From Candidatus Bathyarchaeia archaeon (GTDB lineage Archaea > Thermoproteota > Bathyarchaeia > Bathyarchaeales > Bathycorpusculaceae), in assembly GCA_049512075.1 (NCBI GenBank), contig JBEKXL010000009.1, positions 1 through 64,000 on the forward strand: a DNA stretch of 64,000 bases, read 5' to 3'. A model generated the notes under the pieces. It was not told where the DNA came from. It searched no databases and was given only the letters and a program-made list of their open reading frames with translations. Below, piece after piece: positions 1 to 10,552 of the stretch (the stretch's first letter is position 1; each line of letters begins with the position of its first letter). Both the position numbers and the translations under genes were made by a program.

Positions 1-1
1 G

Positions 2-94
2 GCAGAAGGATACTGCGCCAACACGGTAGGCGGACTAAACCTCGACGCCGTCAGAAAATACATACGAGAAGAACAACAAGAAGCCCTACCGTAG
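2..94 (+). mobile_element. tnpA: 3' end of IS200/IS605-family Y1 transposase (tnpA), partial
   Basis: Frame 2 reads AEGYCANTVGGLNLDAVRKYIREEQQEALP*, matching the TnpA C-terminal GY..TVG...YIxxQ signature. Confidence 0.8.
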
Positions 95-96
95 AG

Positions 97-116
97 CCCC
101 GGAGCTTGCTCCGGGG
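97..116. repeat. Subterminal hairpin of IS200-type element (right end)
   Basis: Perfect 9-bp stem CCCCGGAGC-TT-GCTCCGGGG immediately after the tnpA stop. Confidence 0.75.
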
Positions 117-234
117 GAAACTACTTTTCTTGGAAGATTGGGTTTGGAGCTTCTGGAAGTGCAAGGAGATATATGCTTCATCTGCAGAAAATAACGTTCT
201 AATAATCAAGATGTGCCGTACTGAAAAGGTGTCC

Positions 235-1167
235 ATGGTGAATAGGATTGAAAGCAGTCTGATGGTTAATCTGGCAGGCCTGCAGCTTGCTAACCCGACA
301 ATTCTGGCTTCTGGTGTCTTGGGCTATTCAGCAGAAACGTTGGAAAACCTTGTAAAGGGCGGTGCCGGGGCTGCGGTCACGAAATCTGTTGGTCTGAAAC
401 CACGGGAAGGCTACGCGAATCCAACAGTTGTTCAGGCAAGTTGTGGCCTAATCAACGCCATGGGACTGCCCAACCCTGGCATCAAGGAATATCTTGGAGA
501 GTTTCATCGGATCAAAGTCGCTGTCCCCAATGTTCCGTTGATATTCAGCATCTATGGTTATTCAGCGGAAGAGTATGCAACCATTGCCGAGAAAGCCACA
601 GCAGCGGGTGCCGATGCGATAGAACTCAACGTGTCGTGCCCTCACGTCAAGGACACAGGCTCAGAAATCGGACAATGCCCAGAAACTCTCGCAGAGGTTG
701 TCAAGAAAGTCAAGGCCTCTGTCACCAGGCCGGTTTTTGCCAAGTTGTCCCCTAACGTGACGAGTATAGCAGACGTTGCCGAAGCGGCAGTTGAGGCTGG
801 CGCAGATGGCTTGACGATTATGAACACTGTTAAGGCGATGGCGATAGATGTTGAGACCGCCATGCCGATTCTGGGCAACAGGGTTGGTGGGCTTTCGGGG
901 CCGGCCGTCAAGCCTGTGGCGCTCAGATGCGTGTACGACGTGTATGAACGGGTCAAGGTTCCGATAATGGGCTGCGGAGGCATCGTGGACTGGCGTGACG
1001 CTGTGGAGTTTCTGCTCGCTGGGGCCTCGGCGGTTCAAATAGGCACTGCCATATCCTTCAAGGGACCGAACGTTTTCCGAAGGGTCGCTTTGGGAATAGA
1101 GAGATACCTTAAGAGCAAACACTTCGAGAAGGTGGAGGAGATTGTTGGTTTGTCACATCGCAGCTAA
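235..1167 (+). CDS. pyrD: Dihydroorotate dehydrogenase class 1B catalytic subunit
   Basis: Motifs GAAVTKS, NAMGLPNPG, ELNVSCPH, AKLSPN, GGLSG; start set at ATG 235 rather than the ORF-track TTG. Confidence 0.96.
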   Translation: MVNRIESSLMVNLAGLQLANPTILASGVLGYSAETLENLVKGGAGAAVTKSVGLKPREGYANPTVVQASCGLINAMGLPNPGIKEYLGEFHRIKVAVPNVPLIFSIYGYSAEEYATIAEKATAAGADAIELNVSCPHVKDTGSEIGQCPETLAEVVKKVKASVTRPVFAKLSPNVTSIADVAEAAVEAGADGLTIMNTVKAMAIDVETAMPILGNRVGGLSGPAVKPVALRCVYDVYERVKVPIMGCGGIVDWRDAVEFLLAGASAVQIGTAISFKGPNVFRRVALGIERYLKSKHFEKVEEIVGLSHRS

Positions 1168-1972
1168 TCGACTGAGAACAACGCAAATCTTGAACGTAAA
1201 AACCGAGAGTCCGACCGTGAAGACTTTCAGCTTCAGGGACGCACACTGCGCCAAGGCCCAGCCCGGCCAGTTCCTGATGCTTTGGATTCCCGGCGTGGAC
1301 GAGATACCATTGAGCATACTTGGCGTTAACGAAGGCGGGCTAGTTTCAGTGGCGGTCAAAAGAGTGGGCCAGGCAACAAGAGCGTTACACGAGGCGAAGG
1401 CGGGCGACGTGCTCGGAGTGCGCGGACCCTTCGGGAACAGCTTCTCAATGGTCAAAGGAAACGTGCTCATGGTTGCAGGGGGCACAGGCACCGCCCCCCT
1501 ATTGTTTCTGGCCAACAGACTGCTGCCCAGAATGACAAGAGGAGTCTTCGTTATGGGCGCAAAAACACAGAGTGAACTGCTATTCATGAATCAGCTTCAG
1601 CACTCTTTCAGCAGAAGCCAAGTGCAGCTTGTAACCTCGACGGAGGATGGCAGCTGTGGCGTGACAGGCTTGTGCACGGAACCTGTCGAGCAGATTTTGG
1701 CAAAAGAGAGGTTCAACATCATCTACGCGTGCGGGCCTGAAAAGATGATTCGAAGGGTCTTCGAACTCGCAGAAGAACATCGAACAAACTTGGAAGCAAG
1801 CCTTGAACGGCTGATGCGCTGCGCCATAGGCCTCTGCGGAAGCTGTACGATTGGCAAGTACCGCGTTTGCGCGGACGGACCAGTGTTCACTTCAAAACAA
1901 CTGCGAGAAGTCAAAACCGAATTCGGAAACTCAAAACGTGATCTCACTGGACGAAGAATACCTCTGGACTGA
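1142..1972 (+). CDS. pyrK: Dihydroorotate dehydrogenase electron transfer subunit
   Basis: PGQFLMLW, RGPFGN, AGGTGTAP, CGP and CAIGLCGSC...C 2Fe-2S motif; overlaps pyrD. Confidence 0.95.
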   Translation: MLVCHIAANRLRTTQILNVKTESPTVKTFSFRDAHCAKAQPGQFLMLWIPGVDEIPLSILGVNEGGLVSVAVKRVGQATRALHEAKAGDVLGVRGPFGNSFSMVKGNVLMVAGGTGTAPLLFLANRLLPRMTRGVFVMGAKTQSELLFMNQLQHSFSRSQVQLVTSTEDGSCGVTGLCTEPVEQILAKERFNIIYACGPEKMIRRVFELAEEHRTNLEASLERLMRCAIGLCGSCTIGKYRVCADGPVFTSKQLREVKTEFGNSKRDLTGRRIPLD

Positions 1973-2183
1973 ACAACGGAACGCAGACGGACACCCGCAA
2001 AACGTATCATCAGCGAGCGATTTCCAGCCTTGTTCCAACAAAGACGGGCAAGGACCAAGTATACAGAGCTTTCCGTGGGTGATACGCAAAAGTGCTCTTT
2101 CACTCATGTTTAGAACTGATAAGCAAAGGTTATATGTGGCTGGGGCTATTCTGTTGTGTTTTGCGGGTGCAATGTGATGAAAG

Positions 2184-5100
2184 GTGACCGCCAAATTCGG
2201 AACTACTTCTGAAAAAGGCTTGACTGCAAGTTATAGCCCGCTTGAGCTTGAGAAAGAAATACGTGAATTCTGGGAAATAAACCGCGTGCAGCAGAAGCTG
2301 GCGCTTTTCAAAGAGAAGAACAACAGCGGCGTTTTGGGCTACGTGGAAGGGCCGCCTACGCTCAACGGCATACCTCACGTGGGTCATGCAAGAGGCCGCG
2401 TCATGAAGGATCTTCGCTACCGATGGAAGACGATGCAGGGCTATTACCTACCTTTCTGGGCTGGATGGGACTGTCAAGGCTTGCCAGTGGAGCTGGAAGT
2501 TGAAAAGCTGCTGGGGGTAAAGAACAAGCGGGAACTGCTAGAAAAAGTGGGAATGGAACGTTTCATACAGGAATGCAAGAAAGCCATAATGAAATATTAC
2601 AAGGAATGGGTAGCGGTTGACGGCAGACTCGGCATCTTCATGGACCACGACAAGGCGTACTGGACCTACAAAGACGAGTACATTGAAAGAGAATGGCAAA
2701 TCCTCAAGCGCGCATGGGACCAAGGCCTGCTTGAAGAAGGCCACTACGTGGTCGCCTACTGCCCGGGCTGTCAAACAAGCTTGAGCAGCGCAGAAGTAGG
2801 CTATGAAGGAGCATACAAGATCGTCGAAGACCCCAGCCTGTACTTCAAATTCAAACTCGCCGGCAAACAGGACGAGTACTTTCTCGTCTGGACAACCATG
2901 CCCTTCACCCTAATCACCGACACGATGCTGGCCGTGCACCCTGAAGCAGAATACGCGAAAGTCAAAGTCAACGATGAAAAATGGATACTTGCCAAGCCAC
3001 GCGTTCAGCCAGTCATGCAGGAGCTGGGAATAAAAAAATACGAAATAACAGAAACCGTCACGGGAAAAAGCCTTGAGGGAACAAGATACGACTATCCGTT
3101 CAAAGACATAGTTCCTGAACAAGCAGAGCTTGAGAAAAAACATCCACTCGTACACAGGGTAATACTTGAGGATTTCGTGGACGTGAACACGGCAACGGGA
3201 GTCGTGCACCAATCGCCCGGGAACGGCGAAGAAGACTTCTTCGCTGCACAGAAACGGGGCGTTCCAATCTTCGCACCCTTCGACGACGAAGTGAAGTTCA
3301 CGAAAGACGCGGGCGTCTTCAACGGCAAATTCGCAAGAGACACGGACGCCATGGTGGTTGAGGAACTGCGAAAGAGAGGCCTACTCGTCTCAGCTGAAAC
3401 CCTGAAACATGAATATCCAACGTGCTGGCGATCCCACCACAAGCTCGTGTGGTTGGCCAGAAAAGAGTACTTTCTGAGAACCGACAGAATAAACTCAAGG
3501 GTATTGGAAGCCGCCGAGAAAGTGAACTACTTCTACGAAAGCCCAAAGAACCGTTTCATATCCTTCTTAAAAGAAGGCAAACCATGGTGCATATCCAGAG
3601 AGCGAGTCTGGGGAGCACCATTACCCATATGGAAATGCGAAGAGTGCGGAACAAAAACACTCGTGGCAAGCAAAAAAGAGCTTCTCGCTAAAGCCCTGGA
3701 AAAGCCACAGGCAGACTTTGAACTGCACAAACCATGGGTAGACCGCATCACACTGAAATGCGAAAAATGCGGAGGAGTGATGCATAGAGAAGATTTCGTG
3801 CTCGACGCTTGGCACAACAGCGGAGCATCACCCTACGCCAGATTCACAGATGAAGAATTCAAGAAGTACGTGCCAGTTGACTATCTCACCGAAGCCATGG
3901 ATCAGACAAGAGGATGGGCAAACACCCTGCTCCTGGAATACGTCATACTGACGGGAAAAGCAGAATCGCCCTACAAGTCATTCCTGCTTCAAGGCTTAAC
4001 CCAGGACGCTAGGGGCAGAAAAATGAGCAAGAGCCTCGGGAACGTGATAGAGGCAAATGATGCACTGGGAAAATACTCCGCAGACGTGTTCAGGTTCTAC
4101 GTGCTGAGAAAATGTCCTCCTACAGACCCGAACGATTTTGATCCTCAGGAACTGAGTCGCCGTCCGTATCAAGTGCTGTCCACCTTGTACCATCTCAGCA
4201 GATTCTTCGCTCAAAACTCGGAATTCGACGGTTTTAACCCTCAGAAACACACGCTCGAATCAGCAAAGCGCGAAAAACAGCTGAAAAGCCCCGACCTATG
4301 GCTACTTTCAAGGCTTCAACAGACAATAGGGACCTACACGGCAAAGCTGGAAACATGCGAATTCAACGTAGCCCTCGCTGCATTGGAAGATGCGGTCATA
4401 GAAGACCTGAGCAGACTCTACGTGCCCATGATTCGGAAGGAACTGTGGACAGACGACCCAGAGACGTTGGGCAGAAGGCTCGCGGTCTATTCGACACTGT
4501 GGAATGCGCTCAAAGCCATAACGTTGCTCTTCAACCCAGTTACGCCTTACCTCAGCGAGGCTTTGTATCAGAACATTTACAGACAACTCGACTCCACCCT
4601 TCCGGAAACGGTCAATCTTGAAAACTGGCCTAAACCCAATGAAGAACTTCGCAACAAAGCAGTAGAAGAGGACTTTCAAACACTGTTCAACACTGTCTCA
4701 CTAGCTTACTCAGCGAGGCAGAGTGCTAAACTGAAGAGAAGATGGCCCCTCAGCAAAATGGTCGTAGTGGCCCCCGAAAAAAAACTCAAAGCCCTCAAAA
4801 ACGTCGAAGACCTGCTCCTCGAGCTCACCAACGTCAAAGCCGTCGAATACTCTGAAAAAGCCCCGCACCACGTCGCAGAAGAAGGATGGGCATCAGCATC
4901 CGAGAACGATGCACAAGTCTTCGTGGATGTTCACCGTGACCAGAAACTGTTGGGCGAAGGAGTAATGCGCGACTTGGCACGAAGAGTCCAAGCTCTGAGG
5001 AAAGAACTCGGGTACAAGCCAACCGACGTACTGGAAGCCGTTCGCATAGCCGAACTCGACCAAGAAACCATCCAGCTTCTGCAACCGTACCTGCAAGAGA

Positions 5101-5240
5101 TGAAGGAGCTAACCCGCACAAAGAACATTCGTCTCCCCGTAGACCGCGAACAAACCGAAACAGAATGGCACGAGTCACAATTGGACGAAAAGAAAGTCTA
5201 CATTGCGATCGATGCGGAAAGCAAAAAACCCGTCGCATAG
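2184..5240 (+). CDS. ileS: Isoleucine--tRNA ligase
   Basis: GPPTLNGIPHVGH (HIGH), GWDCQGLPVE, WTTMPFTL, WCISRER, KMSKS. Confidence 0.97.
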   Translation: MTAKFGTTSEKGLTASYSPLELEKEIREFWEINRVQQKLALFKEKNNSGVLGYVEGPPTLNGIPHVGHARGRVMKDLRYRWKTMQGYYLPFWAGWDCQGLPVELEVEKLLGVKNKRELLEKVGMERFIQECKKAIMKYYKEWVAVDGRLGIFMDHDKAYWTYKDEYIEREWQILKRAWDQGLLEEGHYVVAYCPGCQTSLSSAEVGYEGAYKIVEDPSLYFKFKLAGKQDEYFLVWTTMPFTLITDTMLAVHPEAEYAKVKVNDEKWILAKPRVQPVMQELGIKKYEITETVTGKSLEGTRYDYPFKDIVPEQAELEKKHPLVHRVILEDFVDVNTATGVVHQSPGNGEEDFFAAQKRGVPIFAPFDDEVKFTKDAGVFNGKFARDTDAMVVEELRKRGLLVSAETLKHEYPTCWRSHHKLVWLARKEYFLRTDRINSRVLEAAEKVNYFYESPKNRFISFLKEGKPWCISRERVWGAPLPIWKCEECGTKTLVASKKELLAKALEKPQADFELHKPWVDRITLKCEKCGGVMHREDFVLDAWHNSGASPYARFTDEEFKKYVPVDYLTEAMDQTRGWANTLLLEYVILTGKAESPYKSFLLQGLTQDARGRKMSKSLGNVIEANDALGKYSADVFRFYVLRKCPPTDPNDFDPQELSRRPYQVLSTLYHLSRFFAQNSEFDGFNPQKHTLESAKREKQLKSPDLWLLSRLQQTIGTYTAKLETCEFNVALAALEDAVIEDLSRLYVPMIRKELWTDDPETLGRRLAVYSTLWNALKAITLLFNPVTPYLSEALYQNIYRQLDSTLPETVNLENWPKPNEELRNKAVEEDFQTLFNTVSLAYSARQSAKLKRRWPLSKMVVVAPEKKLKALKNVEDLLLELTNVKAVEYSEKAPHHVAEEGWASASENDAQVFVDVHRDQKLLGEGVMRDLARRVQALRKELGYKPTDVLEAVRIAELDQETIQLLQPYLQEMKELTRTKNIRLPVDREQTETEWHESQLDEKKVYIAIDAESKKPVA

Positions 5241-5432
5241 AACGCGCGGTAGACTTGGCTTGCAGGAGCTTCAGAATCTTGGTATGTGCGCGTGCCATGT
5301 GAGAAACCGCAACCTCAACATCTCGGATCTGCGAACACGCTCCCCAGTAAATTCTCGAATACGTTCAACCTCAAACCGAAACCGTAAGCTCTTTATCTGT
5401 TACTGGATGTTCTTTTCAGAGAGAAAATCCTC

Positions 5433-5507
5433 GGGCCGGTAGTTCAGTCTGGTATGAACGCCGCATTCGCAATGCGGAGGTCGTGGGTCCAAATCCCGCC
5501 CGGTCCA
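5433..5507 (+). tRNA. tRNA-Ala(CGC)
   Basis: Cloverleaf GGGCCGG...CCGGTCC-A; anticodon arm CCGCA-TTCGCAA-TGCGG; G3:U70 Ala determinant. Confidence 0.93.
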
Positions 5508-5756
5508 CTGATCACTTCTTCCGAAAGAAGTTTGAGCAAAAAAAGCGAGCTTGTTTCCCTGTTTTGAATTGGCGCGCCCGATTTGGTGGGTTATCTTTTC
5601 GATGAGAATTTAAATGAATAGCGTGTACTCTCCCCACAAGCCAACTCAGTGTCAGTTCCAGTAAAATTGATGGAAACTGGTTTGCTCGCTATGCCACGCG
5701 CTCGTTCCACAACATTCTAGCGTGAAGGAGAAAAAAATGTTCACTTTGGTATTTGC

Positions 5757-6305
5757 TCATATCAGACTTTTTATTTTGTCAAAGATGTCCTGTGCCAGAA
5801 CAGTATTTCCACAATGCTCACATTTTGTTTGGTTTCCTGAATCGGGCATCTTTATGGGCGCACCGCATTCAGGGCATTTCATTGTTTGAAGCACCAAACC
5901 GCCTTTTGCCATGTACTCCTTCAACGCACTAAAATCCAAGACTATCTGAACTCGTTCTCTTCTCTTCTCTGCCTCAATGCTCGGTATCTTGGCCGATGCG
6001 GCAGCTGTTATTCTGCCCTGCCACAGGGCGGGTTCCTTAACGGAGAAATCAAGCCTCACAGGGAAATCGCTTACGAAACCTTTCTTTGCATAGACCACGA
6101 GTTTCTTTCCCAACATTCCCTCTACGGATACACTGGAAACCCCTTCGAGCGGCAGATCAAGCGTTACGTAAACTCTCTTGGTGAATATGCCGCTTTCATG
6201 TTCAAAGATGAGACGTTTACTCGTCAAGAACAGGTTCCCAAAAACATCTTTGTGTCTGCAAGTTTCAACAAATATAGTTTGTTCATCATGTTCAAGGTTG
6301 GGCAC
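5757..6305 (-). CDS. PH/GRAM-like domain protein with C-terminal zinc ribbon
   Basis: GNLFLTSKRLIF PH-like motif; CPECG...CEHCG ribbon. Confidence 0.75.
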   Translation of the reverse strand: MPNLEHDEQTIFVETCRHKDVFGNLFLTSKRLIFEHESGIFTKRVYVTLDLPLEGVSSVSVEGMLGKKLVVYAKKGFVSDFPVRLDFSVKEPALWQGRITAAASAKIPSIEAEKRRERVQIVLDFSALKEYMAKGGLVLQTMKCPECGAPIKMPDSGNQTKCEHCGNTVLAQDIFDKIKSLI

Positions 6306-6318
6306 ATGAGAATCCTCG

Positions 6319-6492
6319 CTAACGCTTACACTCGACTCCGCAGTTTGGGCAGGCAGGCTTCTTGAATACCAACCCCACCTTTGGACAGCAGGCTTCGCAG
6401 TAAACTTTCTTGCAAGATGGACATTGCCATGCTGCAGGTTTCATGAAGCCTCCTATTTCTTTTCCACACTTGCCGCAAAAGCCCCTAACCAT
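6319..6492 (-). CDS. Small Cys-rich zinc-finger protein
   Basis: 57 aa with four CxxC pairs; directly upstream of the PH-like gene. Confidence 0.7.
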   Translation of the reverse strand: MVRGFCGKCGKEIGGFMKPAAWQCPSCKKVYCEACCPKVGLVFKKPACPNCGVECKR

Positions 6493-6840
6493 TTCGTCCA
6501 CCTGCCAAGTGATTCTCCATAGCAAAGATAAACTTTTGGTTATACATTAGTCGAATAATGCAAATAGACCATAGTTTTGTGCTGTGGCGAACAAATCGTA
6601 ACATTACTCGGGAACCCATCCTCTGCTCATGGTTATTGCGCGTTCGCTCGGCTGTTTCTTTGTTCTCAGAGTTTCGTTCACACCGCTTCCGCAATCTAAA
6701 AATCCACAGAACAGGCGCTCAAAAGAGCGTGCGCTTCACGCAAAGAATTACCATCTCGAAATGATAGAGGCTTGCAAGGAAGACCCATAGAAAATGATGA
6801 AGGAAGCATGGGTCGGTATTTTGCCTGGTCTAAGAAACTT

Positions 6841-6933
6841 GGAAACCTTGAGGATGTATGTAAACTGCTAAAATTAAGGTTCAAGTATGTCACTGATATG
6901 GAAGGCAAAAAACTATTCGAAAAATGGAAGTAG
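6841..6933 (+). pseudogene. Relic of an archaeal tyrosine integrase C-terminal tail
   Basis: GNLEDVCKLLKLRFKYVTDMEGKKLFEKWK* resembles the recalled EEAxKLxExGFEYVxxxDGxKLFRKRK integrase tail. Confidence 0.55.
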
Positions 6934-7086
6934 AAACAACATGATATGAATGGAACATCGCGCATTGCATTTGATTGTAAAAGGTCATACCATATTGTCA
7001 ATAAGTACGAATAGCTCTTCACATGGATATGTTTTGAGGATTCGCTACGTTTATTTATCAAGCAGGATATTTAATAGCCTAAGAAG

Positions 7087-7662
7087 ATGGGAGAGACAGT
7101 GATGTCCAAGAAGATTCCATCAAAAGACGAGGCATTGGAAGCACTTGATTTCATAGTGAGTGTCCTGAAGGAACACGAAAAGGACCTCGATCGTCTAATA
7201 AACGAGCTTGGGAGCGTGACTGAGAAGATGGGCGATTCTGGGGAATTGAACGCCAAGGTGGAAAGAGTTGAGGAACGACTGAGTACGCTTCAGAGTGAGA
7301 TTACAAACCTCATAACTTACCTTTCAGCTCCGCATGAGACGCCGTCGACATCATTACCGCAGACTATGCCTGCCCCTCAGAAACGTGAAGATGTGCAGGT
7401 CAGAGAAGCGCATGGGCCCCCTGTTATCCTTCGATGCAAACAATGGGAAGATTTCCAAGCAATGGCCGCGGAGGCTCAGACACTGTCTTTCATGTACAGG
7501 GAAGATGACAAAACCTTCCAAGTGGATGCGGTGAAAGACAATCAAATCATGACCTATAGCGGAGAACTGCCAAAATACAACCTGCTGTTGAAATCATGGC
7601 TCTCCAACCAGTTGAGCGTTCCGGAGAAAAAAGCACTGGAAGGCGTCCTGGCCATAGGCTAA
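7087..7662 (+). CDS. Hypothetical protein with N-terminal coiled coil
   Basis: 191 aa ORF, heptad-like N-terminus, upstream TATA-like TTTAATA. Confidence 0.8.
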   Translation: MGETVMSKKIPSKDEALEALDFIVSVLKEHEKDLDRLINELGSVTEKMGDSGELNAKVERVEERLSTLQSEITNLITYLSAPHETPSTSLPQTMPAPQKREDVQVREAHGPPVILRCKQWEDFQAMAAEAQTLSFMYREDDKTFQVDAVKDNQIMTYSGELPKYNLLLKSWLSNQLSVPEKKALEGVLAIG

Positions 7663-8285
7663 CGTTCAGCTAACGTTGTCCAGACCGTTTGTACTTGATT
7701 GTGATGCAGTAACCTTTTTATAAGCGATTAGTATCTTAAGTCTTACGACGACATGAAGGGGCAAGAGGTTGAAGGTGAACCACATTTGGCCAAGAACATC
7801 TTTTTTCCGTTTTTCGAAGCCTTCTCCTTTCTCCTCAATAACGGAAAATGGCCATGCTGGTAACCGACAAACGATGAAAACCCTCCATCTCGTCCACGAA
7901 TTTTCCCCAAGATGAAAGCGATGAAAGAAAACAACGCAACCCTAAAGCAGTTCCATGAAGAATTCGCCGACTTCCAGAAGACGATGGAAGAACTGTATCT
8001 TCTGAAGCGAGTGGCCGCAGACCTGAAAAGCTACAGAAAAATGATTCACCTGAAACGCTACGACTAACAAATAACACGTGCGAAAACTAGAAAGAGGGTT
8101 GAAACACAATCTTAGGACAAGTATCGAAGGAACCGAGACCTCCTCACCATCTCAAATCTGCGAACAAGCCCTCAGCGCGCGGTGGCTAGTCATACACGTT
8201 CCAGCCCAGGAATTAGACACTCCACTTGAATCGCTCACCTCAGTGAAGCTTGAGAGACAACCGTTTCCTTTTCATCGATAGGCTA

Positions 8286-8297
8286 AACTTATAAAAG
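8286..8297 (+). promoter_or_regulatory. TATA box of tRNA-Lys gene
   Basis: AACTTATAAAAG about 25-35 nt upstream of the tRNA 5' end. Confidence 0.6.
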
Positions 8298-8321
8298 CGA
8301 ATCCAGATGACAATAATGCGT

Positions 8322-8477
8322 GGGCCCGTGGCTCAGTCAGGCTAGAGCGGCGGACCAGAAGCAAGAAAACTGGGTCGAGACTCTTAAGCAGCTCTCTGCC
8401 TACAGAGACATCCGTAAAGACACAGTTTGACTGTTGTCTCGGGAAGGTCGCGGGTTCAATTCCCGTCGGGCCCGCCA
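8322..8477 (+). tRNA. tRNA-Lys(CTT) with three introns and encoded CCA
   Basis: Removing ~8353-8378, 8387-8409 and 8417-8445 gives a 78-nt cloverleaf with anticodon arm GCGGA-CTCTTAA-TCCGT; each intron forms a hairpin. Confidence 0.85.
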
Positions 8478-8712
8478 ACCACAGTGCGAATTTGTACCAG
8501 TGCAAACTCTCTCTTTTCCTTTTTTCTTACAGAAAGACGTTTGTTGACGATTATGAACGCGTAGGTAGCAGCTGTCTCTTTGCCTTTCAAATAGGCGATG
8601 AGTGAGCTTTGGGTCAAAAACCTTAATCAATTACTGTTGGAGACATTCGCTCAATATACCCGCAGGCAAGCGACGCTCTGCCTTTCTTCGGCTTCAGATT
8701 TGTCTTTCCTGC

Positions 8713-9345
8713 TCATCTAAGATAGCCCTTTCTGAGCGGTATGTCATATATCTTCGAGAACTTCCTTGCGCGGGCAGCAAACCGCTTGTATATAAATGCA
8801 GCGTCCCTCAGCGTTTTAGTCTGCCATCTAAAACTGAAGATCATTTTGCAGCCTTCGATCCCAAACCATGAAACTATTGAAAATATCACAGAAAAGGCAT
8901 GATTCCCGCCCGACAAAATATCTGCAAACGCGCTTAGCAGAACATTCCAAATTGCTTTTGGTCCATATCTCTGGAGTAGACTCTTCTTTCTCTCCTCTGA
9001 CTTCTTGTATAGTTCAGAACTATCCATGAAATCCGTCCATGATTCAGCTCTTTCTTCACACCATTTCGCCAGTTCATCAAAGTTGAACGCAAGAGAGTCC
9101 ATGACTGACTTCAGATTCTTCATTTTTCCTTCGGACGGCTTATCTGAGATGCCGTGAAACAGATTCGTCGCGTTGTTCAGCAGTTTATCGTATCTCTCGA
9201 ACATCGGGTAAAATCGCACGATCTGCTGGTCTGCTTTCTTAAGTTGTTCGAAAAATAGCTCCTCTGCCACATTCTTAGCTCTTGGAATCTTTCTGTCCCG
9301 GCAATTTTCGAATATCTTCTTTTCAAGCTTCATTTTCGCGTCCAC
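8713..9345 (-). CDS. Hypothetical protein
   Basis: 210 aa ORF in the accessory islet after tRNA-Lys. Confidence 0.7.
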   Translation of the reverse strand: MDAKMKLEKKIFENCRDRKIPRAKNVAEELFFEQLKKADQQIVRFYPMFERYDKLLNNATNLFHGISDKPSEGKMKNLKSVMDSLAFNFDELAKWCEERAESWTDFMDSSELYKKSEERKKSLLQRYGPKAIWNVLLSAFADILSGGNHAFSVIFSIVSWFGIEGCKMIFSFRWQTKTLRDAAFIYKRFAARARKFSKIYDIPLRKGYLR

Positions 9346-9901
9346 ATGATTGAACAGCCGCGCGCGCTAAACAACTTGTTACACTTTCCCATTCTTTCAA
9401 CATTGCTCAAAAGTCTTCCAAATTTAATAATTGTTACAAAAGGTTCGACAAAAAAATTCTTTGTGACGCTTTGTTACCGTCATCGTCCTCTGGCAAGAAT
9501 CTTTTCAAAGAGGTAGTCAGCGCGCGCGTGCGCGCTATGGTTTTGATTCGGTTTACTACTTCCACATGTTCTAGAAGTCCTGCTACTGCAAAGAAATCAA
9601 CAAGAAATACGAAGCCCAAAACCGACCCCAAAACGCAAGAGGCGAATAAAAACCATTTTTAACCAATTTCTGAACAGGCATGCGTGCAAGCGCTAAAAAC
9701 TGAAATCGCCAATCAATTACATCACTTGCCCGTCTACTTGATTTTAGCGGCACTTGTGTTAGTTATGAAAGAGTCGACCGATTCTTCGGGTTTTTTCCTT
9801 TTGCTAGAGATCCTACCGACGCGAAAGTCATAAATGTCATTATCTCGATTCTAATACGAACATCGCTGTCACAAAACCCTTGGAAAAGAGATGAGTTCAA
9901 T

Positions 9902-10552
9902 TTGGTTAGAGTCATATGGCATGGGCACTCATGTTTCGAACTAGAGGGAAAAAGCGTCACAATAGTGATTGATCCCTTCAAAGGAATTGGTCTTCCAGAG
10001 CCCAAAGCAGCGGCCGACATAGTGCTGTGTTCCCACAACCATCAAGACCACAACAACGTCAAACCCGTCCTGGCAAAACAAGGAGAGACCCTGGAAAGCT
10101 TTGTAGGCTCTAAAAGAGTGAAAGGGGTATCCGTTAAGGGTGTGGCTTCCTTTCATGATGATGCGGCAGGTTCCAAACGAGGAACTAACAGCATCTACTG
10201 CTTCAACTTGGACGGAGTACAGTTCTGCCACCTCGGAGACCTAGGCCATGAGCTTTCCTCCGCGGCAGTCGAGGAGATAGGAAAGGTCGATGTATTGTTT
10301 GTGCCTGTCGGAGGATACTTCACCATAGGGCCAGAAACTGCCACCAGAGTTTGCGAACAGTTGAAGCCAAAAATGATAATCCCTATGCATTACAAGATGC
10401 GTGAGCTCCACTCCATGTTTGACCTGTTGAAGACAGTTGATGATTTCTTGGAAGGGAAAAGCAACATAGAGCGGATAAAGGAGCCTTTCCTGAGCGTCGA
10501 AGAAGGCAAATTGCCCAAAGAACCAAGGATACTCGTCCTATCCCTGAAATAG
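9902..10552 (+). CDS. MBL-fold metallo-hydrolase
   Basis: WHGHSCF, IDPF, SHNHQDH, HLGDLGH, IPMHY. Confidence 0.92.
   Translation: MVRVIWHGHSCFELEGKSVTIVIDPFKGIGLPEPKAAADIVLCSHNHQDHNNVKPVLAKQGETLESFVGSKRVKGVSVKGVASFHDDAAGSKRGTNSIYCFNLDGVQFCHLGDLGHELSSAAVEEIGKVDVLFVPVGGYFTIGPETATRVCEQLKPKMIIPMHYKMRELHSMFDLLKTVDDFLEGKSNIERIKEPFLSVEEGKLPKEPRILVLSLK

Noticed and set aside
106-234. Long N-terminal extensions in the ORF track (pyrD; also archaellin 12185 and htpX 13432)
   Set aside because: They overlap the IS hairpin or promoter regions; downstream ATGs fit the family N-termini better
5652-5680. ORB-like GTTCCAG...TGGAAAC
   Set aside because: Single copy, wrong spacing, no G-string and no cdc6 nearby
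7753-7863. Short ORF MKGQEVEGEPHLAKNIFF... after a TATA-like box
   Set aside because: No motif or other support
5433-8477. tRNA 3' ends as att sites of the large element
   Set aside because: No duplicated tRNA 3' fragment was found by eye elsewhere in the window
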